Source: a virus
Lineage: Duplodnaviria > Caudoviricetes
Virus record (IMG/VR): IMGVR_UViG_3300028048_000042
Length of the DNA stretch: 64,000 bases
Reading direction: 5' to 3' (one strand)
Of this stretch, positions 35,334-45,167 are shown piece by piece. The notes below the pieces were generated by a model. That model had not been told where the DNA came from. It saw only the letters and a list, made by a program, of their open reading frames with translations, and did no database searches. Both the position numbers and the translations under genes were made by a program. Every line of letters begins with the position of its first letter. Within the stretch, counting starts at the first letter, position 1.

Positions 35334-37811
35334 ATGAATAAACCTGTAGCAGGTAGCGAATACCGCGAAATGGGCGCATGGGGGCAGGAATTAAAAGTTT
35401 CTGCTCAGAAAGACCCAAATATGACGGTTGACGTAAATGCAGGTATTTTTTATACTGAGGGTATGAAACTTGTAGAATATGAAGGTGGCGTATCTCCTGT
35501 AATTAAAAAACCTTCTCAGTATAATGAATGGGTTGTTGTTTGCTTAAACAAACAGGGTACTCTTTATGTATTAGAAGGTGCTCCTGCACAGAAACCTGAA
35601 TTACCTGTTCTTGAAAAGAATTATCTTCCATTGGCTGCTATTTATTTAACTGCCAATACTACAAAAATCACAAGCGATATGATTTTTGATGTTCGTCCTC
35701 GCTTTGTAGCAGGTGGATATGCAGTTGACCATGCTAATGTAGAAAATACTAAGCAGGAAAATTGCCATCCTATTGATGCTATTACAAACCTTCGTGAAAC
35801 ATTGGATTCAAAAGCAACTCTGCTTGACCTTGATAAGTTAGATGAAAAGATTGATAATGTACATGGTACAAATGCAGCTACATTCGTACTTAATCAGGCT
35901 CAAACAGGTGTTCCTTTTGCTAATGTAGGTATTGCAGTTAAACGTGGTGAAGAAAACACCGTAGGTATTCGTTTTAACGAACATAAAGGTGCTTGGGAAT
36001 TCACAAATGATGGTTCTGTATGGAACGAATTCATTACTACTGTATCTTTGGATGGTAGTTTGCGTGAAGCAACTGCTAGTTCAAAAGGTGTTTCTCAGCT
36101 TTCTTGTGAACCTGTAGATGCATTCAAACCAATTGCTGTTGGTGATAATGACCCACGTATTTTGGCTGTAGCTAACAAAGCTGATAAAGTAGATGTTTAC
36201 ACCAAAGACGAAGTGGATGCAAAAATTTCAGAAAAAATTGATGACAAATTTACCTATTCTCGTCAATCCATTGATGAAATGCTCAAAGGTAAAATGGATG
36301 TAGGCACAATTTATACCGAAGCTGAAATTGATGCAAAATTGATGGGTAAAGCCAATGTTGGTGACTCTTACGATAAGGCAGAGGTTGATGTTGCGCTTGA
36401 TAAGAAAGCAAATAAAGCCGATGTTTATAGCAAGGTAGATGCTGATGCTGAATTTGCCAAGAAAGTTGCTGTATATGACAAAGCTGAAGCTGATACATTG
36501 TTTGCCAATAAAGCAAATGTAGCTGATGTTTATGACCGTTCTCAGGTAGACCTTATGCTTGCTGATAAAGCAGATGTTAATAATGTCTATGACCGAGCAC
36601 AGGTAGATGGAGCATTGCTTTTAAAAGCAGATAAAACTGATGTATATACTCAGGGTGAAGTAGACGCTGCACTTGCTCTTAAAGCAAATACTGAAAGTGT
36701 ATATAGCAAAACTGATGCAGATAACTTGCTCTTATTAAAAGCAGATAAATCAGATGTTTATGGTAAAGCTGACGCTGATTCTACATTTGCAACAAAAACT
36801 GAAGTATATAATAAAAACGAAGCAGATGCATTACTCGCAGATAAGGCAAATGCAGTTGATGTTTATAGCAAAACAGATGCTGATGTTAAGTTTGATGAAA
36901 AAGCAAATGTACTTGATGTTTATAATAAAACTCAGGCAGATGCATTGCTTGACACAAAAGCAGATAAAGCTAGTGTTTTCACAAAAGTAGAAATCGCTGA
37001 TGAATTGCTTCCTTATGCTAAAACTGATGATGTAATTACTCGTCTTGGTGATTATGCAAAAGCAAAAGTAACATATACAAAAGCTGAAGTTGACAATAAA
37101 CTTACTGAAAAAGCTAACGTTGCAGATGTTAAAGCTGCTCTCGAAATCAAAGCCGATGCTGCTCAGTATGATACAACTGCTGTTGTTAATGCTAAACTCG
37201 AAAACTATGTACGTAAGTCTGATTTCAATGTTCTTAACACAGAAGCGGCACGTTTGGCTGATGTATATACAAAAGCTGATATTGATGCTAAATTGAAAGA
37301 TAAAGGCAATAAGGCAGAATTGGTAGATTTGATTTCTACAAAAGTTGATGATGCTGATTTGCTTGAATATGTTAAGAAAGATGAACTTGATACAAAACTT
37401 AACAAATATGCTACAGTTAGTGTTGTAAACGCAAAAGCAGATGCTATTGATGTTTATACTAAAGATGAAGCTGATGCTAAGTATGAAACAACAAAACATT
37501 TAGCATCAACTCTTGCATTGTATGCAAAGAAATCCGAAATTGTTACTGCTGTTGACCTTAGTGATGAATTGTTGAAATATGCTACAACAGTTAGTGTTTC
37601 TGCAAAAGCTGACAAAACAGAAGTTGCAAAAGTTCAAAAAGATGTAGATGATTTGGCAGACATTGTTGGTCAGAAAGCTGAAATGTCACAGTTGAATATG
37701 TATATGAAAAAATCAGATTCCGTAGATAACGTTGTTCTTGAATCTGCTGATGGAAGCAAATTCCGTCTTACAGTTGATAATGACGGTAATCTCTCTGCGG
37801 TAAAACTCTAA
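35334..37811 (+). CDS. fibre protein with approx 19-aa KA(D/N)xxxVY(T/S)KxExD repeats
   Basis: long run of tandem repeats typical of phage fibres; C-terminal DGSKFRLTVDNDG cap. Confidence 0.8.
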   Translation: MNKPVAGSEYREMGAWGQELKVSAQKDPNMTVDVNAGIFYTEGMKLVEYEGGVSPVIKKPSQYNEWVVVCLNKQGTLYVLEGAPAQKPELPVLEKNYLPLAAIYLTANTTKITSDMIFDVRPRFVAGGYAVDHANVENTKQENCHPIDAITNLRETLDSKATLLDLDKLDEKIDNVHGTNAATFVLNQAQTGVPFANVGIAVKRGEENTVGIRFNEHKGAWEFTNDGSVWNEFITTVSLDGSLREATASSKGVSQLSCEPVDAFKPIAVGDNDPRILAVANKADKVDVYTKDEVDAKISEKIDDKFTYSRQSIDEMLKGKMDVGTIYTEAEIDAKLMGKANVGDSYDKAEVDVALDKKANKADVYSKVDADAEFAKKVAVYDKAEADTLFANKANVADVYDRSQVDLMLADKADVNNVYDRAQVDGALLLKADKTDVYTQGEVDAALALKANTESVYSKTDADNLLLLKADKSDVYGKADADSTFATKTEVYNKNEADALLADKANAVDVYSKTDADVKFDEKANVLDVYNKTQADALLDTKADKASVFTKVEIADELLPYAKTDDVITRLGDYAKAKVTYTKAEVDNKLTEKANVADVKAALEIKADAAQYDTTAVVNAKLENYVRKSDFNVLNTEAARLADVYTKADIDAKLKDKGNKAELVDLISTKVDDADLLEYVKKDELDTKLNKYATVSVVNAKADAIDVYTKDEADAKYETTKHLASTLALYAKKSEIVTAVDLSDELLKYATTVSVSAKADKTEVAKVQKDVDDLADIVGQKAEMSQLNMYMKKSDSVDNVVLESADGSKFRLTVDNDGNLSAVKL

Positions 37812-37922
37812 TATTGAAAAAGGGATAGGAAATTAATCCTATCTCTTTTTTTTTAACTATAATAAAAGGTAAGGTATTTACTATATTTTTTTTAGAATAA
37901 TAAGCAGAAGGATGGTAAGATA

Positions 37923-39680
37923 ATGAAAAGAAACCATAGAACTGCTGTTGCTAATAGAACAAATAATTTGGCTATGAATAGCATTATTGATAAAAGTGAT
38001 TTGCCTAAGAGTATTCAGCGACAAATGAAGCGCAATTCAAAAATGGCAAAAGCTTCAGGTGTAGATATTAGAATGTCAAACCCTGTATTTTATCAGCCAC
38101 TATTTCAAAGCACAAATATGTTGTTGCCTAGAGATAGGCGTGAAAGAAATGAGTGGTGTCGCCACTTTTATCGAACAGAACCTATCATTGCAACGGCATT
38201 AGATTTACATACAGAATTTCCAATATCTGATTTGAATAATGTGTGCTCGGATAGCTATATCAGGAAGTTTTTTGATTATATGGCATTTGAAAAGCTAGAT
38301 TTAGTCAATCTTTTGTTGGATATTGGTCTTGAATATTGGAAAATTGGTGATGTTTTCCCATTTGGTCAGTTTAATGAATCTGAAGGTATGTGGGAAAAGT
38401 TCACGTTGTTAAATCCTGATTTTGTCAATATTAATTCTTCTATTTTTGCAGGTCAGGAACAGATTGAAATGATTCCTGATGATACCATGACAAGTATTAT
38501 TGCAAATGGCCCTTCAGGTTCATTAGGTGATTTGTATAGACAATTCCCTGAAGATATTATTATGCAGGTTAGACAAGGTAAAAATATTGCGTTGGATAAT
38601 CGTTTAGTATCTCATATTACCCATAAAGCTAGTTCCTATGAAACTTGGGGAACACCATTAATGATGCGTTGTTTTAAAACGTTGATTTATAAAGATAAAT
38701 TGAGACAAGCACAGGATGCTATTGCAAATAGACATATTATGCCTTTGCGTGTAGCAAAAATTGGTACACCTGGTGAGCCTATGCCATCACAGGCTGATAT
38801 TGATGATTTTCGCGATACATTGCTTGAAGGTGAGGGCGACCCAAACTATTTCCTTGTTTATCATTATGGTTTGTCTTTTGAGTATGTTGGTTCAACAGGA
38901 AAAATCCTTCCTTTGAATACAGAATTTGATTTTATTCAGCAAGAACTTATGACAGGTCTTGGTATTACACAGGCAATGCTTAATGGTGATGGTTCGGGTT
39001 ATACACAAGCACAGGTTGGTGCAGAAGCGTTAGCTAGACGTTATGCGGCTTATCGTTTGAGGTTGGAACGTTGGATTAGAGAACATGTTTATAAACCTGT
39101 TGCAGAAACACAGGGTTTTTATAAACCGAAAAATGGTTCAGGTGCTATTGCTACAAAATATATGACAGCTAGTGAAAGAAAACGTGCTGTAGCAAATAAA
39201 GAGATGGATTTGATTGTTCCGAAACTTTTGTGGCAGAAGCAAGATTTGACTTCAAATCAGACAGCAATGACATTTATTCAGAATTTACGTGATAAGGGAT
39301 TAATCTCCATGACTACAGTATTACCGTTGTTGTCGCTTGACCCTGAAACAGAAAAACGAAATCTTGAAGCAGAACGTGGTACTGTATTTGATGAAAATGC
39401 ACCTAAAACAGGGCCTTTGCCAAAAGAAGGTCAATTGCTTAATGATGAATTTGAGACAGGTTATACTATGCGTGAAATTTCACCTGAAAGTCAATTTGAA
39501 GAGGTAGATTACACATTTGATGAAAGTGGAAATGCTGTTTCTACAGGTAATAATCCTGCTGACTTTGGGTTAGAAAGACACGATTCAATTGGTCAGAATT
39601 CAGCAAAACAAGCTTTAGATGTAAATAAATTTTTTAATAAGAAAGAACCTGTGGATAAGATTTTAATTAAAAAGAAATGA
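37923..39680 (+). CDS. portal protein
   Basis: 585 aa; WCRHFYRTEPII..ALDLHTEFP, LLNPD and WGTP motifs; located upstream of protease and capsid genes. Confidence 0.8.
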   Translation: MKRNHRTAVANRTNNLAMNSIIDKSDLPKSIQRQMKRNSKMAKASGVDIRMSNPVFYQPLFQSTNMLLPRDRRERNEWCRHFYRTEPIIATALDLHTEFPISDLNNVCSDSYIRKFFDYMAFEKLDLVNLLLDIGLEYWKIGDVFPFGQFNESEGMWEKFTLLNPDFVNINSSIFAGQEQIEMIPDDTMTSIIANGPSGSLGDLYRQFPEDIIMQVRQGKNIALDNRLVSHITHKASSYETWGTPLMMRCFKTLIYKDKLRQAQDAIANRHIMPLRVAKIGTPGEPMPSQADIDDFRDTLLEGEGDPNYFLVYHYGLSFEYVGSTGKILPLNTEFDFIQQELMTGLGITQAMLNGDGSGYTQAQVGAEALARRYAAYRLRLERWIREHVYKPVAETQGFYKPKNGSGAIATKYMTASERKRAVANKEMDLIVPKLLWQKQDLTSNQTAMTFIQNLRDKGLISMTTVLPLLSLDPETEKRNLEAERGTVFDENAPKTGPLPKEGQLLNDEFETGYTMREISPESQFEEVDYTFDESGNAVSTGNNPADFGLERHDSIGQNSAKQALDVNKFFNKKEPVDKILIKKK

Positions 39681-39731
39681 TGTAAAAAATAATGGCATAT
39701 AATAAATATGCCATTATTTTTGTGAAGGAGG

Positions 39732-40748
39732 ATGTTGCTTTTGGAAATGTCAGTTAAATGTATTTCAGATGATGTTATGGCAGGAGCTATTGAAACATTA
39801 AATGTAGATACAGATTTAAATTCTAAAGCAAATACGATAGCAGAAATTTTAGTGAACGGAATTTTATTGACTACAGAACAGGCTGTAAAAAATACAGATG
39901 AAAATTATTATGTTTCTACTAATTTCCAAAAAATGCAATCTGAACACATTGAAGAAATTCATACAATGTGGGCTAGACAGATGTATTTGTTTTTGGAGAA
40001 AAAATATGGAAAAATTAAACAAGGTGAATTTTTGGATGGATTGAAAAAAATTCTTTGTGGCGAAATTTCCAATTGGTATAAAAAAGCACAATATCAGATT
40101 ATCAAAGAAGAGAATCTTTGTATGGATTTTGTTTGTCATGATTCTGCTTGTGCTATTTGTAAATGTATGGAACAGAATGAATATGTAGAAGAAAAACTCC
40201 TTTTTGGTGATACTTGTGATTCATATTTTGTAAAACCTGTAAATATGATGGAAGTGGATAATTTGATTAGTGGGGCAATTAAATTCTACGATGTTCCAAA
40301 AAAATATAAGAAATCTGTCGCTAGTTTTTATAAATTGACGAAAATTAAATTCGATAGATTTATGAAAAAATCTATAAAAATCAAGTTTGTTTCAGAATTC
40401 GATTATGGAGATGAATACAAAGATATTACAGATATGATTAACTTTGTATATGATTCTGAAAAAAATCAGTTTGAAATTAAATTTGACGATAGAACTTATC
40501 AGCATGATATTTTAAAAGCGTTTTTTCATGATGTAAAACCGACAGAAAAAATGACGGAGTTGTATTATGCCAAAACTTCAAAAGATGTGATTTTTCCAAA
40601 AGGTAATTTTATTACATATTTAGCAGGACAAAATGAATATGAATACATGAAGGAATCGCTCATTGCTTATGTATTAACCCCTTGGAAATTGAAAGTTGTG
40701 GACAATGAAATGTTTCAACTGATTCAGTCGGAGGTGGAGAAGCGTTGA
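39732..40748 (+). CDS. putative head morphogenesis (MuF-like) protein with degenerate zincin-like C-terminus
   Basis: follows portal; D..CxxC motif; FITYLAGQNEYEYMKESLIAY. Confidence 0.45.
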   Translation: MLLLEMSVKCISDDVMAGAIETLNVDTDLNSKANTIAEILVNGILLTTEQAVKNTDENYYVSTNFQKMQSEHIEEIHTMWARQMYLFLEKKYGKIKQGEFLDGLKKILCGEISNWYKKAQYQIIKEENLCMDFVCHDSACAICKCMEQNEYVEEKLLFGDTCDSYFVKPVNMMEVDNLISGAIKFYDVPKKYKKSVASFYKLTKIKFDRFMKKSIKIKFVSEFDYGDEYKDITDMINFVYDSEKNQFEIKFDDRTYQHDILKAFFHDVKPTEKMTELYYAKTSKDVIFPKGNFITYLAGQNEYEYMKESLIAYVLTPWKLKVVDNEMFQLIQSEVEKR

Positions 40749-41071
40749 TGTATTCGTTTGAAATTTGGTTTGCAAATCAGAAAAGGGCAAAGGTTTGCAT
40801 TGATACTGAAGAAATGGTAATGGGATTTAAAGGCGGTAAAGATGATACTTTAAATTCATTGTTAACTATTATTGTAAATGCCCCATATTTAACAACCAAT
40901 ACAGGAGGTTTCAAAAATTCTTCATATATTGGATTGAAAGAAAAAATTACGATAAAAGACGAACGATTTGTTGACGTTTTAAAAACGCAATTGTTTCCAT
41001 ATGAGATAAAAAATCGTTCAGAAGTAAAAGATTTGACAATTGAAGAAGTTTTAAATACTGAAATCTCCTAA
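40745..41071 (+). CDS. hypothetical protein
   Basis: ggagg SD, 108 aa. Confidence 0.6.
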   Translation: MMYSFEIWFANQKRAKVCIDTEEMVMGFKGGKDDTLNSLLTIIVNAPYLTTNTGGFKNSSYIGLKEKITIKDERFVDVLKTQLFPYEIKNRSEVKDLTIEEVLNTEIS

Positions 41072-41100
41072 CGTATATAAGAATTGAAGGAGAGAATTGT

Positions 41101-41403
41101 ATGTTAAAAAGACTCTGTAATCATGTTTCTCCATTTACACATAATGTAGTTACTGATATTGTAAAGAAAAGTTCTAGCAATGAGATTGCTAGTAGTTATG
41201 CTCATGTGTTAGCAAAACAAATTTTGGCAGACTTGCCATTAATTCCGACAGGACATTTGGTTTATAATTTGACTCAGCAGATTCAGTTTGGTTTGCTTGA
41301 TTCTGTTTGTCCTTTGGAAGATGTAAAAAATCATTGGCAGGAATGCTTAGATGTTGCAGGTCAGTATTTAAAAGATATGGGTATTTGGTGTGAAGCGAAA
41401 TGA
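41101..41403 (+). CDS. hypothetical protein with MLKRL leader
   Basis: aaggag SD, 100 aa. Confidence 0.65.
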   Translation: MLKRLCNHVSPFTHNVVTDIVKKSSSNEIASSYAHVLAKQILADLPLIPTGHLVYNLTQQIQFGLLDSVCPLEDVKNHWQECLDVAGQYLKDMGIWCEAK

Positions 41404-42323
41404 TTATTATTAACAATACAGAAGGTAGGATTGAAGATTACGTTGAAAGTAATGATGGTGTCGTTTTATTTGGTAATAAAAAAGTTGACATTAACGTATT
41501 GAAAGATAGTCCTACGTTAAATAAAGTTGGGAAGAAAATTGCTACAGCGAAGTTGGTTAAGTTAGTCCCTAAAGAAAAAGATTTTTTGTATATTCGAAAT
41601 CGTGCAGTTTCAGCAGGTAATGTTATTGAAAAAGAAGATGGCACATGTGATTTAGTTCCGATTGAGGAATTTCACAATAATTTTGGCAAATATGCTTTTA
41701 TTTGCCGTGGTGCAAATGATAACGGTGATTTCTTTTCTCATGAAGAATTAGAGAAAAAATATAAGACCTTTATTGGTAAGGCTGTTTTCTATGAGCATGA
41801 TGATGATAACATTAATAAAGCTCGTGGTATTATTCTTGATTCCATTTATAATACAAATGGTTATTACGTTGAATTATTTGAAGCAATTGACGCAAAAGCT
41901 TATCCACAGTTAGCAACTGCTGTAAAAAATGGTCATTTGACAGATACTTCTATGGGATGCTATATTGGAAAAGCAATTTGTTCCATTTGTGGCAATGTTT
42001 CCAAAGAAGTAAATCCTGAAGAGGGAATGGATGACCGTTGCGAACACATTAAACGTTATAAAGGTTTAACTTATAATGGTTTGCCTGTTTTTGAAGATAA
42101 TCGTGATGTTGTTTTCTTTGAAGATAGTATCGTTGGTACAGGTGCGGATTCGCAAGCAAAGATTATGGAACGTGTTGCAAGCAAGAAAAATCAATCAGGT
42201 ATTATTCTTCCTCAGTATTATCAGAAGAAAAACGATGTTTTCGCAAAAGAACAGAATCAGCGTACATTCCAAGGTCGTGTGCACAATCTTGAAAATAAAT
42301 TCAGTGAATTGCCTTGGTCATAA
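41400..42323 (+). CDS. prohead (capsid maturation) protease
   Basis: NDNGDFF..EEL, EH...ARG.ILD, TSMGC and CSICGN...CEHI motifs of herpes/HK97-fold phage proteases. Confidence 0.8.
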   Translation: MIIINNTEGRIEDYVESNDGVVLFGNKKVDINVLKDSPTLNKVGKKIATAKLVKLVPKEKDFLYIRNRAVSAGNVIEKEDGTCDLVPIEEFHNNFGKYAFICRGANDNGDFFSHEELEKKYKTFIGKAVFYEHDDDNINKARGIILDSIYNTNGYYVELFEAIDAKAYPQLATAVKNGHLTDTSMGCYIGKAICSICGNVSKEVNPEEGMDDRCEHIKRYKGLTYNGLPVFEDNRDVVFFEDSIVGTGADSQAKIMERVASKKNQSGIILPQYYQKKNDVFAKEQNQRTFQGRVHNLENKFSELPWS

Positions 42324-42336
42324 AAAAAGGAGCAGA

Positions 42337-42660
42337 TTAATCTGCTCCTTTTTCATATATAAGTTCTAATTGTGTTTGAGATGTGCGTAAAAAGATTCTA
42401 TTTGCACCTTGTTTTTTAAATGCATTAATAATGTCATCTTTCATCATATTGTTAAGTATACGTAAATTTTCAACAATGAAGTCGTTATTAATCTGATGAA
42501 AAAAACAAAAATGATATTGGAAGGGGTTGTAATAAAATTTTCTTAGTGCAAGAGTATGTGTTTTTCCTTTGTATATTTTCCCTTTTGAAAATACACCTGC
42601 ACAATCTCTTGTATTTAAATCAAGAATATCAATATTGAATTCTTTTTGTATTGTTGTCAT
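42337..42660 (-). CDS. stand-alone member of the THS/AFGH domain family
   Basis: DLNTRD...GKTHT...FFH aligns with the shared domain of 9042, 42754 and 51403; gaggag SD. Confidence 0.6.
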   Translation of the reverse strand: MTTIQKEFNIDILDLNTRDCAGVFSKGKIYKGKTHTLALRKFYYNPFQYHFCFFHQINNDFIVENLRILNNMMKDDIINAFKKQGANRIFLRTSQTQLELIYEKGAD

Positions 42661-42685
42661 TATAATCACTCCTCACTCTATTTAG

Positions 42686-42714
42686 ATTTTAGCATAGAAG
42701 ATAAAATTTGTCAA
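42686..42714 (-). promoter_or_regulatory. sigmaA-type promoter for the 42660 gene
   Basis: minus-strand TTGACA-17-TAAAAT with extended TG. Confidence 0.75.
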
Positions 42715-42753
42715 CATTTTTTTAATATAAAAAATAAAAGGCGGTATGATTAA

Positions 42754-43821
42754 ATGAATAAGAGATTGATTGCGGATAGAGCAGATATTCTTAAAAATGG
42801 ATATGAAGATTTAGTTGATGTAATTAATGATTCTTCAGAAGATGCAGTTAAAGAAGATTTTTTCAGTGTTATTAAAAAGAATTTCCCTGCAAAAACTTTT
42901 GTAGAAGCTACTTTAAAGCAGGGTGCGGCAACGCAGAATGAAATCAATAAAGAAACACTGATGAATAAGTTACCACAGTATTTGAAAGATACAGCGCATT
43001 TATATTATCAGAAATTCTACAAAAAACGTTTAATTGATGACGAAATCGCTTGTGAACCAAAAGATAAAATCTTTAAGCAAGCTGTTGAAAAGTTTTCTTC
43101 GGAAATTGTATTGAACGAAGAGTTGGGTAAAATGGTAGAAGATGCCATTAATGACGAAAGTGTTCAAGAACGTTATTTTAAACATGAAGAAAAGCCAAAA
43201 GAAAAAGAAAAATCAAAGGACAAAAAGCAAAACAATGAAGAGTTATCTTATGAGGAAGAAATTGAACAAACTGTCAAAAAACGAGGGGTTATACCATTTG
43301 GTGTTTTAAAAGATTTAGATGAACCTGTTGGAACAACAGGCATTCCAATTATGCCTGTTGATGTTGGGCGTAGAGATTATCCTTTTATTGTTATGGACAA
43401 TTCTATTTTCGTTAAAGGAACGTCAAAAGATAGCCATTCAACTGCATTGCATGAATGGGCAGAAAAACATAAAAATGACAAAACGGAATTAGGAAAAAAA
43501 CTTAAAGAAATTTATGATAAAAATGATGATGATTGGTATCGTGAGAATGCAATAGCTGCTCTTGCAAAAGCAGGAGTGACTAAATTAGCTTTCGGTCACG
43601 TTCGTGAAGATATGGCTTTTGTTGATACATGTGATGGATGTACAGCCGATGATGTAAAAAGTGTTGTAAAAAGTGGCACAGGAGTTTCCAAGGTTTATGA
43701 TGTAACAAAACATATGTCTTACGGTGCTTGGAGTGGAGTTCGTGTAGCTAGATTAATTCCTAATTACAATAAAGAAATGCATAATTCGGCTATTGAAGAA
43801 ATGAAAAAATTTAAGCATTAA
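42754..43821 (+). CDS. putative internal head protein (MNKRLIA leader, THS/AFGH domain)
   Basis: paralogous C-terminal domain ending in RVA. Confidence 0.6.
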   Translation: MNKRLIADRADILKNGYEDLVDVINDSSEDAVKEDFFSVIKKNFPAKTFVEATLKQGAATQNEINKETLMNKLPQYLKDTAHLYYQKFYKKRLIDDEIACEPKDKIFKQAVEKFSSEIVLNEELGKMVEDAINDESVQERYFKHEEKPKEKEKSKDKKQNNEELSYEEEIEQTVKKRGVIPFGVLKDLDEPVGTTGIPIMPVDVGRRDYPFIVMDNSIFVKGTSKDSHSTALHEWAEKHKNDKTELGKKLKEIYDKNDDDWYRENAIAALAKAGVTKLAFGHVREDMAFVDTCDGCTADDVKSVVKSGTGVSKVYDVTKHMSYGAWSGVRVARLIPNYNKEMHNSAIEEMKKFKH

Positions 43822-43915
43822 AAAAAAAGAAGTGGAATATTCCACTTCTTTTTCAAAAAATGTGATTAAAACGAATTGTAAAGTTATATTTATTTAGTAA
43901 GGCGGTGACAAAATA

Positions 43916-44404
43916 ATGAAACGATTAATCGCAGATAATAGCAAATCAATTGAACAGATGATTAAGAGTACGGCTGTTGAAGGTCGTGAGATTTTGAAAT
44001 CTTTGGAACAATTTAAATTTGAATTGGAACAATGTGTAAAGATTTCGGTAAATGAAGATATTAATAGTAAAATACATCAACATTATGATATGGTAGATAA
44101 ATTAATGTCAGGTTTATATACTATTTGTTATGATATGGAAAACGTTGATTTAGTGCCTGTTTATGATAATGACCAAATTGATATGAGTAATCAAGATTCT
44201 CCTGATAGTGATAATGCAGGTTATAAATTGGGTGAGGAATATCCACTACCTGAAGATGAAAACGCTGACGAAGAAACTAATAATGAATCTTCAGAAAATG
44301 AATCTAGTGACGAAGAATCATCAGATACAGAGACAGATGAAAATGATTCTGAAAATGAAAGTGAGGAAAAAGGAGAAGAAAGTTCCGACACTGAAGAAGA
44401 GTAA
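43916..44404 (+). CDS. hypothetical protein with MKRLIA leader and acidic tail
   Basis: 162 aa. Confidence 0.65.
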   Translation: MKRLIADNSKSIEQMIKSTAVEGREILKSLEQFKFELEQCVKISVNEDINSKIHQHYDMVDKLMSGLYTICYDMENVDLVPVYDNDQIDMSNQDSPDSDNAGYKLGEEYPLPEDENADEETNNESSENESSDEESSDTETDENDSENESEEKGEESSDTEEE

Positions 44405-44429
44405 TTGATACATAGGAAGGATTGATAAC

Positions 44430-45164
44430 ATGAAATTGAAGGTTGTAAAACCTAAACCAAAATATTATAAGATTTCATATGCTATGTTGAGTTATCATTT
44501 GGAAAAAGAAACGCCACAGGAAGAAGAACAAGATGTTGTGGAGAAACCTGTGGTAAAAAAAGCGACCACACAATTTGCTACAAAATATGAAAAATTAGTG
44601 GATATGGCAATTACTAAAGGCTTGGTGGAGGAAGATGAACGAGAAACAAAAGTCTTAGAATTGCAATGTTTATCCGAAGAAGATTTTGATGAATATGCAA
44701 AAGAGGTTGAAGATGCAGTTTCTGCGAAAGTTGGTAGTATTACTGACAAAGAACCTGAGTTTGAAGAAGGTATGACAGAAGCAGAAAAAACTTTAGCGAA
44801 AATTCGTGCTACAGGTTCAGCACCAATTATGACAGATTTTTCAGGTGCTAGTGAAGATATGTTATTGGGTGATGAATCATCAGGCTCACGTTCGTTGGCA
44901 GATATTAAGCAAGATAGATTGATGGCGCAAGCTATGGAATCAATGACGATTAAAAACGATACTCAATTACTTCAAGATGCAATGGGAGATTTGGCTGACA
45001 AATTACATAAAAATAAAGCAACGGCAAATGCTAAATCTCCAATGTCAGGTTTAAAAGGATTGACTAAACCAATTGTTGTTCCACAACAACAGCAATTTGG
45101 GTATAGAGGTAATTCTTGGGCAGATAAATTAGCAGGCTTGAATTGGTCTTCAGGAAGTAGGTAA
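44430..45164 (+). CDS. hypothetical protein, possible scaffold-related
   Basis: 244 aa; lies between protease and capsid genes. Confidence 0.55.
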   Translation: MKLKVVKPKPKYYKISYAMLSYHLEKETPQEEEQDVVEKPVVKKATTQFATKYEKLVDMAITKGLVEEDERETKVLELQCLSEEDFDEYAKEVEDAVSAKVGSITDKEPEFEEGMTEAEKTLAKIRATGSAPIMTDFSGASEDMLLGDESSGSRSLADIKQDRLMAQAMESMTIKNDTQLLQDAMGDLADKLHKNKATANAKSPMSGLKGLTKPIVVPQQQQFGYRGNSWADKLAGLNWSSGSR

Positions 45165-45167
45165 ATA

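Noticed and set aside
36170-37690. DNA repeat array or diversity-generating retroelement target
   Set aside because: Repeats are protein-level fibre repeats with divergent codons; no reverse transcriptase or TR/VR pair seen.
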